A DNA stretch of 64,000 nucleotides from the human T2T-CHM13v2.0 reference genome, Homo sapiens. Each line of letters starts with the position of its first letter. Within the stretch, counting starts at the first letter, position 1. The translations under genes were made by a program, and so were the position numbers. Under the pieces are notes generated by a model, which was given only the letters and a program-made list of their open reading frames with translations, was not told the DNA's origin and did no database searches. Of this stretch, positions 46,236-58,985 are shown in pieces. The stretch lies in the NCBI RefSeq assembly GCF_009914755.1, contig NC_060929.1. The stretch is one strand, 5' to 3'.

Positions 46236-48629
46236 CGGGGGTGGCAATGGAGCGAAAGGAAGCCCAGGTGTTTCCTACAAGGTAGGGAGGAAGTATGTTG
46301 CTAACTACCAGGTGCCAAATACCTGCTTCTGCTCAGGTAAGGTGATTGCCCTCTCAAGGAGCAGGGATGGACTGGGGGCGGTGGGTGGCAGGAAAGGTTA
46401 TGAGTTCAGGCGATTATGATATGGTGTAGCAAATGTTATCCTAGAGGTGAGTGAGAACACAGTGAGGACCCAGGGACATGTGTTGCCTGGGAGATGTCTG
46501 AAGACCACAGAGCTTGTGAGTGACATTTGACTTTTGAATCAGGCCGTGAAGACTCAGTAGTCATTTTCTAGGTAAAGAAGGTTGGGAGTCATTTCAGGCA
46601 GCGGGACAAGCCAGTAAGAAAATATAGAAGCATATAAGGGATGTTTCATGTTTAAATTATACATTTATTTTGTGAGATTTTTCTGTGTCTAAAAAGGCAC
46701 AATCTGCACCTTAGAGGAAAGACCCCTACCTTCTAGGCAAGGGAGAGATAAGGAAGAAATGTTGGTCAGCACACTTGTGTAAAGTAAAGCAGTCTCATGA
46801 ATCCAGCTGCTCATTTGTACGAAATCCCAAGGTCAGAAGAACACGCTGGACATCAGGGAGCTGTCAGCAAAATCCAGACTGTGGCAACTCAACTGGCCCC
46901 ACTTGCACTGTAAGGCAAAGAAAAGGACTGTGGAGGTGTCTGCAGGTCAAAAGAAATTTAAAACACATTAGTGAAAAACTGGGCCAGACAGAACTATAGT
47001 TTTTGTCACTTGGTGAAAAGGAAAAACATAAAGGAACACAAGAAAGAGACTTCTATGAGAATTTGGGACCAGGGCACATGATGGGATTTTTGCAGTCACT
47101 GGAAAGTTCTTTTCTTGCTCTGAATGGTGGTTATAAGGGTGTTTGCTTTAATTGTTCATTAAGCTTAACATTTATTTTGTGAGGTTTTCTGTAGAAAAAA
47201 ATTTTTAAATAAAATTGTAAGTAAAACTTTTCCAAGGGTGAACTGAGTTCCATGCAGAGATGAGTCTCACTTGTAGACAGAGGTCTTGCTGGAGCCAAAC
47301 CCAGGACCATCTTAACTGAGCCAGAGAGAGTCTGACAGGAAAGACTGAACCTGCTGAAGGCAGCACAGGTCAGCTCTGCCTTACTCAGGCTGTGAGAGCA
47401 CCAATGCTGAAGGCACACTGACCCGCCTGGTGAGCCATCCGCTTCCACACCTGCCTTTCCCAAGGCAGCAGTTTGTATCAAAAAACAGCCAAATAACAAA
47501 CTATATGCATTATCCTAGGTTCTCCTTGCTAGAATGCAGCAGATATTTGATTCCTCCAATTACTGGGTAACTTTAAGTTTTAGGTAAGTTGGCTGAAAGT
47601 GTATTCATTAACTCTTCAGTTTGCCTTTTAAGATGGAGAGCAATGTGGGTCTAGGGCAGAAAAAAAAAAAAATAAAAGCATGTGCAATTCTCTCCTACCA
47701 ATAATCTATGCATTGTGCAGGCCTGGTGTTGACTTTCAGATCACATCCCCCAGTTCCTGAGACTGTCGCACATGTTTGTTTTCTACTAAGGCGTTAAACA
47801 TCTCAAATGGTAGGTGTCAGCATTCAGTGTACACGAGTGCAGCCAGACATTAAACAGGATAATAATAAAGCAATAAGTAATATGGTTAAACAAATACATT
47901 CCCAATTGCCCTTGTCTTCTTCAAACATCTAATGCAGATGTTTCCGTCCTTATTAGTTCAGTGCTTTGGTCTCTCTCTGCTTTTCCCCTGGCATGGTGGA
48001 AGCAGTGTGTCTCGAAGAGAGCTTTCACATGGAGAAGGCTGTCAGCCTCTCTTAAATATAAGCAAGTAAAAGTAACTAAGGACTGTTTGTGTGTGTGTGA
48101 TGCTTTTGATACTGGTCCCTGTAGTCATTCTGGCTTGCCCGTTTTAATGAGTAAGGTTTTCCTTGCTGTCTTCATATGTATTATTAACTCCATACACAGA
48201 GGTAGGGAGGATATGTAGGAAAAACAAATCAAGGATCAGATGCTTCAGGTCAACAGGGCGTTCACAAACATACACTTTTCAATGTCATGACCAAGGTCAA
48301 TTGAAACTGTAACACCACTTGGCAGAGGGAGAAGAGACATAGGAAGAGCTTTCAAAGTTTAGAGGAATGAACCAGCAAAAGTTAGCCAGCATGTATTAGT
48401 TATTCATATAAGAGAGAGCTCACTTTAAATATTAGTTTTCATGCTGCTCTTTTGTACAGAATTTGTGGGAGGCTAAAACCTCAGCTTCCTGGTATCCTTT
48501 TGAAATGAGTTATTCCAGATAGCTGAGCACAATGAATGCCAGAAATTCATCTAATTAAGCACAAAATATTTTTAAAAGCGTATTGGGTGGAACTTTCTGG
48601 AAAATGTTTTATGAACTCTTCTGAGTGGC

Positions 48630-49520
48630 CAATAGAAAGAGTACAGACTTTATGTTCTCATTGTTCAATTCCCACCTGTGAGTGAGAACATGCAGTGTTT
48701 GGTTTTCTGTCCTTGCGACAGTTTGCTCAGAATGATGGTTTCCAGCTTCATCCATGTCCCTACAAAGGACAGGAACTCATTCTTTTTTATGGCTGCATAG
48801 TATTCCATGGTGTATATGTGCCACATTTTCTTAATCCAGTCTATCACTGATGGACATTTGGGTTGGTTCCAAGTCTTTGCTATTGTGAAGAGTGCTGCAA
48901 TAAACATACGTGTGCATGTGTCTTTATAGTAGCATGATTTATAATCCTTTGGGTATATACCCAGTAATGGGATCGCTAGGTCAAATGGTATTTCTAGTTC
49001 TAAATCCTTGAGGAATCGCCACACTGTCTTCCACAATGGTTGAACTAGTTTACACTCATCAACAGTGTAAAAGTGTTTCTATTTCTCCACATCCTCTCCA
49101 GCACCTGTTGTTTCCTGACTTTTTAATGATCGCCATTCTAACTGGTGTGAGATGGTATCTCACTGCAGTTTTGATTTGCATTTCTCTGATGACCAGTGAT
49201 GATGAGCATTTTTTCATGTGTCTGTTGGCTGCATAAATGTCTTCTTTTGAAAAGTGTCTGTTCATATCCTTTGCCCACTTTTTGATGGGTTGTTTGATTT
49301 TTTTCTTGTAAATTTGTTTAAGTTCTTTGTAGATTCTGGATATTAGCCCTTTGTCAGTTGGGTAGATTGCAAAAACCAAGAAAGCTGGAATACTCACAGC
49401 CCCATTTACTAATTCAATGTCCTTTGGTAAATTAATTATCTTACTGAGCTTCCGTGTCTTAACCCTGTAAAATGGGCACAATTGCATTATATAGTTAAGT
49501 ATCAAGTAAATATTGGTTAA
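48630..49520 (+). mobile_element. MIR split by the L1 fragment (48630-48652 and 49376-49520)
   Basis: gaaagagtacagacttta | ccaag..ccatttacta..ctgagcttccgtgtcttaaccctgtaaaatggg. Confidence 0.6.
48653..49375 (-). mobile_element. Internal L1PA fragment, near-identical copy of 31990-32712
   Basis: Constant offset of 16663; ORFs 48665..49036 and 49036..49236 repeat 32002..32373 and 32373..32573; no poly(A) or TSD. Confidence 0.95.
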
Positions 49521-49597
49521 TTGTGAGAACTCTTCATTACTGACCTCTCTTAGGCTACCAGCCTGGCTCCAGTCTTTCACATTTTAGAAAGACATTG

Positions 49598-49925
49598 TCA
49601 GCAGGGCACAGTGGCTGATGCCTCTAACCCCAACACTTTGAGAGGCCAAGGCAGGCGGATCACCTGAGGTCAGGAGTTCAAGACTAGCCTAGCCAACATG
49701 GCAAAACCTTGTCTCTTCTAAAAATACAAAAATTAGCTAGGCGTGGTGACAGGCGCCTGTAATCCCAGCTACTCAGGAGGCTGAGGCAGGAGAATCGCTT
49801 GAACCCGGGAGGTGGAGGCTGCAGTGAGCTGGCTGAGATCGCACCACTGCACTCCAGCCTGGGAGACAGATGGAGACCCTGTCTCCAAAACAAACAAACA
49901 AAAAAACAAAAAACAAAAAAAGAAA
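49598..49925 (+). mobile_element. AluS (Sx-like)
   Basis: Full Alu; TSD AGAAAGACATTGTC. Confidence 0.93.
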
Positions 49926-50184
49926 GACATTGTCTGGAAAAATGCCAATGTCTCACCTGGAAGGTCACAGAAAGGGTGGAAGGATACACTTGATGATGTT
50001 GGAAGAATCCATGGTTTGAGGGCTTCTAGAAGGAACTGGAATGTTTGCATAGAGCTGGTTCTTAGGGCTGAGTATGCAGCATCTGTGTGATATGGTTGAG
50101 AACTGAAAGTTTCCCCTGCCATCTACCTACCGTCATAGGATGCCCTTTTGGGGTAAGACATTAGTCCTCTAGAACTTTTTTATT

Positions 50185-50670
50185 ACACAGGGTTTTAGAA
50201 GGTGTGTGACAGACATGGCAAGACAACACACGATCCCTCTTCCTTGAAGAGGGATCTTCAAGGAAGGACACGCTGCCCAACTGCAAGACGTGTGCTTAGC
50301 CACAGCTTCCAGCTGTTAATTCAGGGTCAGCCTCAGCTTACTGGCCAAGATCACACTCTTTTTGGAACATCTGCCAGCCAGTGTCTGACCAAGGGGATGA
50401 CAGCTGAGGGCACTGAGAGCATGCTTTTTTCATCATGGCTTTCAGCCAATGACTTTGGAAGACAGTGGTGCTAGGCCCTGACCATTTTGGCCCAACTTTG
50501 GAGCCCTCTACTGGGCAGTAGCTCCCATTGGAAAGGCAGAGACTGTCATGTCTGTATCACCATCTGGGGTTCTTCCTGCCCGATCTTGTTTCCTCTTCTT
50601 TCCTTTCATAGTGTTATTCCCTAGTAAACCTTTTGTACACCTAACCCTGTCTCAGCATCTGTCTGCTTCC
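50185..50670 (+). mobile_element. LTR16-like ERVL LTR
   Basis: ctttcagccaatgact...ccctagtaaaccttttgtacacctaaccctgtctcagcatctg. Confidence 0.55.
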
Positions 50671-51555
50671 TGGAACAGAATGGGTCTCACGTCACCTAGG
50701 GCGGGAGGAAGCATTAGCACAGCTTAGACCAGTGAGTCAGGGACCAAGAATGGGGCAGACCTCTGCACAGTTTAAAGAGGACGAGAAAAGTTGTGAGGGC
50801 ACATTAGGGGAGACTCCAGGCAGCCAGGGGACAGCTGCAAGAGTTGGGGTTAGGGAAAAGGGCAGTGCTGTCTTCTTCACCATGAGCTGAGGACCCGACA
50901 TGGAGGGGGATCCACTCAGGGTCATGGCGATCAACCAGGAATGGGGACAGACACAAGGCAGGCAGGGAAGTTGCTGAACTGTGCTTTACACAGGTGATCT
51001 TCAACCTCACAATAACTCTGCCAAGTTCCATACAAATAAGAAAAAATGAGACCCAGACAGGTTTGATATTCCTTTAAGCTGGTAAATGGTGAGAGTCAGC
51101 CTGTAGCTCCCTTGAGCTGAGATGCCTCTGGAAAGAAGGAGATGAATATTTCATACTTTTTTGGATCCGCTCAGCATCTTTTGCCTTTGGGAATGGGTGG
51201 TATTCATGCAGCCCTGCCTTTCTCATGATAAAGGGTGGGCGGGCAGGGAGTGGCAGAACACAGACTGACCAAACAGATTACTCAAAACCCCTGGATTTAA
51301 GGAATGATCTGGGGAGAGCATGTGACCCAAAGGGGCCAATCAATGTATTACCCTGCCTAGGAAATGATTTGCTAGTGCAGTACTGCTAGGTCTAGGGTGT
51401 TTTGAAATGTTCTGAAGGGATTTTTGGTGACTTCCTTAAAAGGAAGATGTCAACTTAAGTTTAACTACTATAGTCGGCAGATACTCTATAATCTTAGAAA
51501 TGGGAGGTATAAGGACAAGTTTTAATTGTTCAATACATAATACTTAAAAAGGAAG

Positions 51556-51685
51556 GGCCGGGAGCAGTGGCTCAGGTCTATAATCCCAGCTACTCTGGAG
51601 GCTGAGGTGGGAGGATCACTTGAACCTGTAGGAGTTTGAGGCCAGCCTGGGCAACATAGCAAGACCTCCATCTTAAGAAAACAAA
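51556..51685 (+). mobile_element. Alu monomer (FLAM-like)
   Basis: Single Alu arm with A-rich tail. Confidence 0.85.
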
Positions 51686-53980
51686 GTAACTTAAAGGGAG
51701 GGTTGTTGAGTATTATTCCAGACTTGTACATGGAAAATAGATACTGTCTAGGCCTGAAATCCCAGACTCCAATGGCTGGTTTTATACCTGTCCCATCGTC
51801 AGGCTCCACTGAGCTGCTGCCTCGTGTCTCATTGGTTTTATGAAACACTTGCATTAGCTGGTGGTTATGGTAGTTCTACCCTCAGGGAAAGTGCTGCTGC
51901 TTCTTCTCTGGTTCTAAGATGATATGTCTGACAGGGTCCTTGAAAGTACCTCTAGCACTCCTTGTTTCAACGATTGTGAGTCGTATCGTACACAGTTACT
52001 CCTATGCCAACTCTGCCCCCAGGGTTTGGTTTGAGAGACGCACTCAGTGTTCAGCCCATCACCCTCAACTGCTAACTTGCTGGCTTCCCCAGCTCTCTAT
52101 TTCACTGTCTCCCACCCTCCACCACATCCTAGTATTCAACAGCTCATTAATATATGTAGTAATTAATTATACATTAATTATTATATGTAATAATAAACAG
52201 AGCCAATGGACTTGGCCTTGTTTTAGGTATTGAGGATACAATGGTGCACAAGACAGACAAGCATTTGCCTCCTTAGGGTTTCAATTCTCGGGATAACTCA
52301 CAATTAAATGCAAGTTGACATTCAATTAACTGGCCCACCGTATTCCATAAACACACTTCTCTGTGTCCACATACATCCTTCCCCATGTTTTGGGGGAGAA
52401 ACTGTCCCTCTACCTACCACTTGGTTACCTGGGATATTTCCTATCCCCTCTTGACTCCTCATGGAAATTTCTCAGTAAATCAATTCCTCACTTCGTTTGC
52501 TAGTTTCTTCATTTGATTGGCTAATTCCCTGTGCATGTAAATATGAGCCAATAAAGTGAAGGGCTCATACAGCCCAGTCTTTGGGTGATACTAAGAAAAC
52601 AAATGTGGCAATACAGGTAGAGATTGCATGAAAAGCAAATACACCTGTACACACATTAATGCATTTTATCCTTTATTGTGTGTCATTAATCAGATTTCTA
52701 GAACCCTTTTTGAATGAAAAAAAATTAAACTCTTGACAAACAGTGGTCTCACAAAGATGCTACCAACTGGTAAAGTCTTTCTGAAATGATTAGCTCTTCC
52801 CATTTTCTGATAATTCTGTCTAAATGTGCTTTAGATATATTGAGACTATTTGGTTAGATGCATACAAATCCAAAATTTTTTTTAAAAAAATTTTTGGTTA
52901 ATTTCTTCCAATTATCAGAGCATGATGGTCTATTTTATGCCTAGTTATTGCCTTAATGTTTATTTTTTCTGGCAATATTGTCACAAATCTTTTATTATTC
53001 CTTTATTATATCACTGCTATCTCATGTTAAACATTCTGTGTTGCTAAGTTTCAGACGTGACTCTTCTAAATAGCTTATAATTTGAGTTAGTTTAGTTTAA
53101 AAAACAAAACTAAACTAAACACGGGAGCCCCCTGTCTTTTAAAGTAGTTGAATTCATCTACATTTGATGCAATTTCTGAGGTATTTGAATTTATTCTGCC
53201 TTTTATGTTGTGTTTTCCATGTATCATTGTTTGTATTTCCCTTTTGTTTCCTTTTCTGACTTCTATTGGGTTTAAACTTTTTAAAAAATCAACTTTTTTT
53301 TTTTTACTAGTTTGGAAGCTACATATTTCATTTCTATTTGTATGAGTTTTTTCTTTAAAAATTTTAACATGCACAGCTAACAAAATCTAAATTATTGTTG
53401 CTTAGTATTTTAGTTCCATCCTATTTTCAAAACCTTCAACATTAGAAATTATTATTAAAGCATATTGAATTTACCCACAGAAAAGAGGCCTCGTTACTCA
53501 ACATTGCACCCAACTTCTTCCTTCTGGGTTCAATTTCCTTGTTTTCTGAATTATGCTTTATACTAGTTCTTTCAGTTGAGGCTATGTGGGTTGTAAAATC
53601 TTTCAGTATTTGTCTCGAAATGTCTTTATTTTGGCCTTACTCTTGAATAATAACTTTGCAGGGCATAAAATTGTAAGTTGCCTTCTATTTTCTGTGAAGA
53701 TTTGATTCTATTGTTTTTTTTTTTAAATTCTATTTGTTGCTGATGAGAAATTTACTCTTAGCCATCCCTCTATAGACACTCTGTCTTCTCTGGTTGTTTA
53801 TAAAAAGTTTTTCTCTTGATCCTTGCATGCTGAAGTTTTGCTACAATATGACTCCGTGTGGATTTCTTTATATTTACCTTGCTTGGGGCTTGGTATCAAC
53901 CTAACGATCAAGCATGTAAAAATTCAGGAAAATTCCATACCATTTTCTCAAATATTGCTTGTCACTCATTTTCTCTGGAC

Positions 53981-54201
53981 CAGTGGTCAGCAAACTATGA
54001 CCCATTGGCCAAACCTGTCCACTGCTTGTTTTTGCAAATAAAATTTTCCTGGAACCTAGCCACACACATTTATTCATATAATTTTTATGGCTGCTTTTGT
54101 ACTACAACTGCAGACTTGAGTATTTGTGACAGATTTTATGGCCCATGGAGTCTAAAATATTTACTGCTTATTTCTTTACAGAAAAAGTTTGACAACCTCT
54201 G
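53981..54201. mobile_element. MER58A hAT-Charlie MITE with 8-bp TSD CTCT(G/A)GAC
   Basis: TIRs cagtggtcagcaaact / agtttgacaacctctg. Confidence 0.88.
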
Positions 54202-54699
54202 CTCTAGACCCTCATTCTGAAACTTCTATTAGACATAAGTGGGCTTCATTTTCTACTTTGTGTGTTTAATCTCTAATTTTCGTTTTTTTACAATTTTATC
54301 TCTCTGTGCTGCATTCTGGGTAATTTTCTCTGGAGCATGTTTTAGTTAGTACATTCCTTTAAAATTATGTGTAATCTAATATTTAGTCCATCAATAGAAT
54401 TATTTATTCAGTGATATTTTTCATTGCTGGAAACTTTTTAATTAAATTTTAAAATCTTTTTGTTCTTTGCTCATTATGGCATCTATTCTCCACCTCCATT
54501 GCCCATTTTGAATGTTTTTAAATTGATTCATCACCTTGAGTTTTTATGGTAGTTAACCTTCTGTTTGTATTTGCTGGCTCTTATTATGGTGCGTCACGTC
54601 CTTTAGTGGCATGTTATTTTTGTTTGTGAGCTCATCTTCAGTGAAGATTTGATTTTTCTTCCTGTAGTATTTTAGTGTGTCCCTGGGTTTTGGACATAT

Positions 54700-56139
54700 T
54701 GAGAGGTGACAGCGTGCTGGCAGCCCTCGCAGCCCTCGCTTTCGGCACCTCCTCAGCCTTGGTGCCCACTCTGGCCGCGCTTGAGGAGCTCTTCAGCCCA
54801 CCGCTGCACTGTGGGAGCCCCTTTCTGGGCCGGCCAAGGCTGGAGCCGGCTCCCTCAGCTTGCAGGGAGGTGTGGAGGGAGAGGCGTGGACGGGAACCGG
54901 GGCTGTGCTCAGCGCTTGCGGGACAGCGCGAGTTCCGGGTGGGTGTGGGCTCAGTGGCCCTGCACTTGGAGCGGCCAGCCGCCCCAGACAGTGAGGGGGT
55001 TAGCACCTGGGCCAGCAGCTGCTGTGCTCGACTTCTCGCCGGACCTTAGCTGCCTCCCTGCGGGGCAGGGCTCCAGACCTGCAGCCTGCCATGCCTGAGC
55101 CTCCCCCTGGCTGTGGGCTCCTGCACTGCCCGAGCCTCCCCGACGAGCGCCACCCCCTGCTCCACTGCGCCCAGTCCCATCGACCACCCAAGGAAGGGCT
55201 GAGGAGTGTGGGCGCACGGCGGCGCGGGACTGGCAGGTAGCTCCACCTGCGAGGCCCTGGTGCAGGATCCACCGCATGAAGCCAGCTAGGCTTCTGAGTC
55301 TGGTGGGGACTTGGAGAACCTTTACCTCTAGCTAAGGAATTGTAAATACACCAATCCACACTCTGTATCTAGCTACTCTGGTGGGGACTTGGAGAACCTT
55401 TATGTCTAGCTAAGGGATTTTAAATACACCAATCGGCACTCTGTATCTAGCTTAAGGTTTGTAAACACACCAATCAGCACCCTGTGTCTGGCTCGGGGTT
55501 TATGAACGCACCAATGGGCACTCTGTATCCAGCTAATCTAGTGGGGAGGTGGAGAACTTTTGTGTCTAGCTCAGGGATTGTAAACGCACCAATCAGCACC
55601 CTGTCAAAACGGACCAATCAGTTCTCTGTAAAATGGACCAATCGGCTCTCCGTAAAATGGACCAATCAGCAGGATGTGGGTGGGGCCAGATAAGAATAAA
55701 AGCAGGCTGCCCTCGGTAGCAGTAGCAACCGACTGCGGTCCCCTTTCACGTTGTGGGGCCAGTGTTCTTTTGCTATTTGCAGTAAACCTTGCCGCTGGTC
55801 ACTTTGGGTCCACACTGCGTTTATGAGGTGTAACACTCACTGTGAAGGTCTGCAGCTTCACTCCTGAAGCCAGGGAGAGCACGAACCCACCATGGGGGAA
55901 CAAACAACTCCAGACGTGCTGCCTTAAGAGCTGTAACACTCGCCGTAAAGGTTTGCAGGTTCACTCCTGAGCCAGCGAGACCATGAACCCCCCAGAAGGA
56001 AGAAACTCGGAGCACATCCGAACATCAGAAGGAGCAAACGCCAGACACGCTGCGTTTAAGAACAGCAACACTCACCACGAGAGTCTGCGGCTTCATTCTT
56101 GAAGTCAGTGAGACCAAGAACCCACCAATTCCAGACACA
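54700..56139 (+). mobile_element. LTR12 (LTR12C-like, ERV9) complete solo LTR with 4-bp TSD ATAT
   Basis: Starts TGAGAGGTGACAGCGTGCTGGCAG and ends CCACCAATTCCAGACACA; GC-rich U3, tandem CCAAT repeats, AGATAAGAATAAAAGC, U5 repeats. Confidence 0.96.
55290..55705 (+). promoter_or_regulatory. LTR12 U3 enhancer/promoter: CCAAT (NF-Y) array, GATA site and AATAAA TATA-equivalent
   Basis: Repeated caccaat/gaccaat units 55349-55667; agataagaataaaagc ~55688-55703. Confidence 0.75.
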
Positions 56140-56942
56140 ATATCTTACTAGAGAAGTTTTAATTTTGCTTTTTTTCAGATATCTCAGGGATTCACTGCTC
56201 TGGAATCAATGTTTACATTAATTTTTTGGCTTAATAACTCCTGCACCTGTGAGCAATGAAAATTTGCACTGCCTGTTGGTACATGGTTTATAGGCTTGGG
56301 ATTTGGATTTTTTTTTTAACTGTAGACTTTTATCTTTCTATTCAGACCCCATAATAGAGATAAACGTTCTGTGCCTTACCATTTACTTTTCTCAGCCTGT
56401 GGCAAGAAGTTTGAAGTTTGTTGGGACACCTTTTCATCAAGGAGGTAACTTTTCCAGGGTTCCAATTTTGGCTGGAATTTTGTTTTCGTGATTTTACCTT
56501 GAGAAGCACAAGGACACATTTCCTGTTCTGTATTCTGACCCCTAGCTTGGGATAGTGCCCTATCCAGGTTTGATTCCTGGATTCTATCTTCTACCATGTC
56601 CACTCACAAGCATAGCACTCTGGCTTCTGTTCCTCATCATTTCCTTAAAAAAAACAAACCCCTAACATATAGTAAAGTTGGCATTTTTGAAGTTAGAGTT
56701 TATGAATTTTAATACATATAAATTTGTGTAATTAGGATACAGAGCATTTCCATCATGGCAAATTTTCTCATTTCTTGCAGCTAGAGATTTAAGTTCAGCA
56801 TTATATTCATTTTTATGTGTCATTTGTGTATTATTTTTATGTATGTGTTTTAGGAATGGGAGCCGGTTAACTCAGTTTGCCATGTTTTCAGGACCACAAG
56901 CTGGCCCGTGCCCATTCTAACCGAAAAGCTCCTAATAATCCA

Positions 56943-57359
56943 ATAGTCAGGGTTCTCCAGAGAAACAGGCCTATAGGATGTGCAAATGAATGTATACAAA
57001 GAGGTTTTATTTAAGAAATCGGCTCATACAATTACAGAGGCTGGTTAAGTCCAAAATCTGTAAAGTAGGCTGTCAGGTTGGAGACCCAGGAAAGAGCTGA
57101 TGTTGCAGTTCAAGTTTGAAGGCCATCTGTTTCAGAAGTCTCTTTCCTCAGGGAGGTCGGGCTTTTGTTCTATTCAGGTCTAGAACTGACGGGATGAGGC
57201 CCATCCACATAAGGCAGGGCAATCTGCTTTACTCAAAGTTATCAAATTAAATGTTAATCTCACCCCAAAACGCTCTTGCCCAAACATCCAGAATAATGTT
57301 TGATCACATATCTAGACACCAAGGCACAGTCAAGTTGACACATTAAAATTAAGCATCAG
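56943..57359 (-). mobile_element. MLT2B-like LTR (3' LTR of an ERVL)
   Basis: tagtcagggttctccagagaaacag...caagttgacacattaaaattaagcatca, directly followed by ERVL internal sequence. Confidence 0.85.
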
Positions 57360-58985
57360 AAGTCTGTCCCTTGTCAACTTGGCACCCGTATGCATCTTCT
57401 TAAACCATACTTAATCATAAAAATAAAGATAATAGCAGGGTCACATTTCCACCCAACATGATACAACTATCTCTTTTTTTGTTTGTTTTTTGAGATGGAG
57501 TCTCATTCTGTTGCCCAGGCTGGAGTGCACTGGCGTGATCTTAGCTCACTGCAACCTCCACCACCCGGTTGAAGTGCTTCTCCTGCCTCAGCCTCCCAAG
57601 TAGCTGGGATTACAGGCACCCACCACCATGCCTGGCTAATTTTTTTGGTATTTTTAGTAGAGGTGGAGTTTCACCATGTTGGCCAGGCTGGTCTTGAACT
57701 CCTGACCTCAGGTAATCCTCCTGCCTCGGCCTCCCAAAGTGCTGGGATTACAGGCGTGAAATACAACTATCTTACATATAAGTGAAAATGTACAATTACT
57801 TTCTCCAGAAGAGGATTCAAAGTCCCTGGGTGTTGCCTACTCTTCTCCTTGATATCTCAGAACTTAAATACTTTGATAAAGACAAGCTAAATACTATGAC
57901 ATATATCGTATGTTAGGTGATAAAGGGATAAGAGTAGGAAGAAAACAAAGATGTTTGATACACACATACACATATAACAAAATAAGGAGGAAATGCTCAT
58001 GTGAATGACAGTCCTTATTTCTGTAACGGGTCATGTGGCTGTAGCTGGTATTTATAACTGCCTTCTTCCACTACCTATTCCATGTTCCCTTTGTTCTCAT
58101 CAAGCACCTTAGCTTGTTATAGTTATTTATAGTTCTTTACCTGAAAACGGGGGTGAGGATGACATGCAAATCTATCATTCCTGAAGAGTCTGGGCCAATC
58201 GTAGCCCAGCCCAGATTGGATTATTGTAGTTTTCCATTGACTTTAATCACAGGACACTGTAATAACAAGAGATGCCTTAAGGGAACTCCTGTATTCCCGA
58301 TGTAGTCTTCATTACCTTCATTGTGGGATAGCAGTCTTATTTCTCCCTGGTAGTCAGAGTCAACCACCCTAGCTGGTATAGCAACACCCTTCATTGTCTG
58401 TTGATTTAGAGGCATAAGGATCCCAAAATGGCTGCATGTCAGAATCATTACTGTGATCCTGGTTGAACTAAAACCTCGTAGCTAGCAGAGCATAAGGTCA
58501 CAGGGACAGAAAACATTTTGCTAGTGAGTCAGTAGGAGTAATAATTATGCCACTCCATTACCATCCCTTGATTCCTGGACCCACGAATCTTGGCTGTGGG
58601 TACTATACATCCAGTAGTACTATATATTTGATACTGATTTAAAGTGTATACAGCCTTACAGAGAACCTTGCCCCAGCCCTGCAAGATATTGCCACCTAGA
58701 TGGCACGAAACTATAAGGCCTACCTGTAACAGAGTCTTCAAAAGGCCATACCAGTGTTCCATCAAGCCAGCTTCTTAAGAATGTTGGGGGACATGGTAAG
58801 ACCAGTGAATTCCCTGAGCATGGGCCCATTGCCACACTTGATTTGCTGTGAAGTAATTTCCTGGATCAGAAGCAATGCTGTGTGGAATACCATCATGGTG
58901 GATAAGGCATTCTGTAAGTTCACAGATGGTAGTTTTGGCAGAAGCATTACGTACAGGGAAAGCAAATCTGTATCCATAGCAGAGT
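57360..58985 (-). pseudogene. ERVL internal remnant: integrase and dUTPase, fragmented
   Basis: YGYRFAFPVRNASAKTTICELTECLIHHDGIPHSIASDPGNYFTANQVWQWAHAQGIHWSYHVP (integrase); HFGILMPLNQQTMKGVAIPARVVDSDYQGEIRLL (dUTPase). Confidence 0.9.
57473..57759 (-). mobile_element. AluS within ERVL
   Basis: Antisense Alu; TSD ATACAACTATCT. Confidence 0.93.

Larger units (their letters stand above)
52800..56640 (-). mobile_element. Very old L1 (L1ME-like) remnants interrupted by MER58A and LTR12
   Basis: T-rich antisense L1 sequence (gaaatgtctttattttggccttactcttgaataataactttgc; tgttgctgatgagaa). Confidence 0.6.

Noticed and set aside
49059-49580. 173-aa chimeric MIR/L1 ORF as a novel gene
   Set aside because: Chance read-through across the insertion junction with a non-ATG start; no promoter or splice evidence.
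54638-55359. Cluster of overlapping 100-130 aa ORFs and GC-rich island as a gene or CpG-island promoter
   Set aside because: Entirely within LTR12 U3; high GC content explains the scarcity of stop codons.
55290-56100. Regularly spaced repeats resembling a CRISPR array
   Set aside because: Normal LTR12 U3 and U5 tandem units in eukaryotic DNA; no unique spacers and no cas genes.
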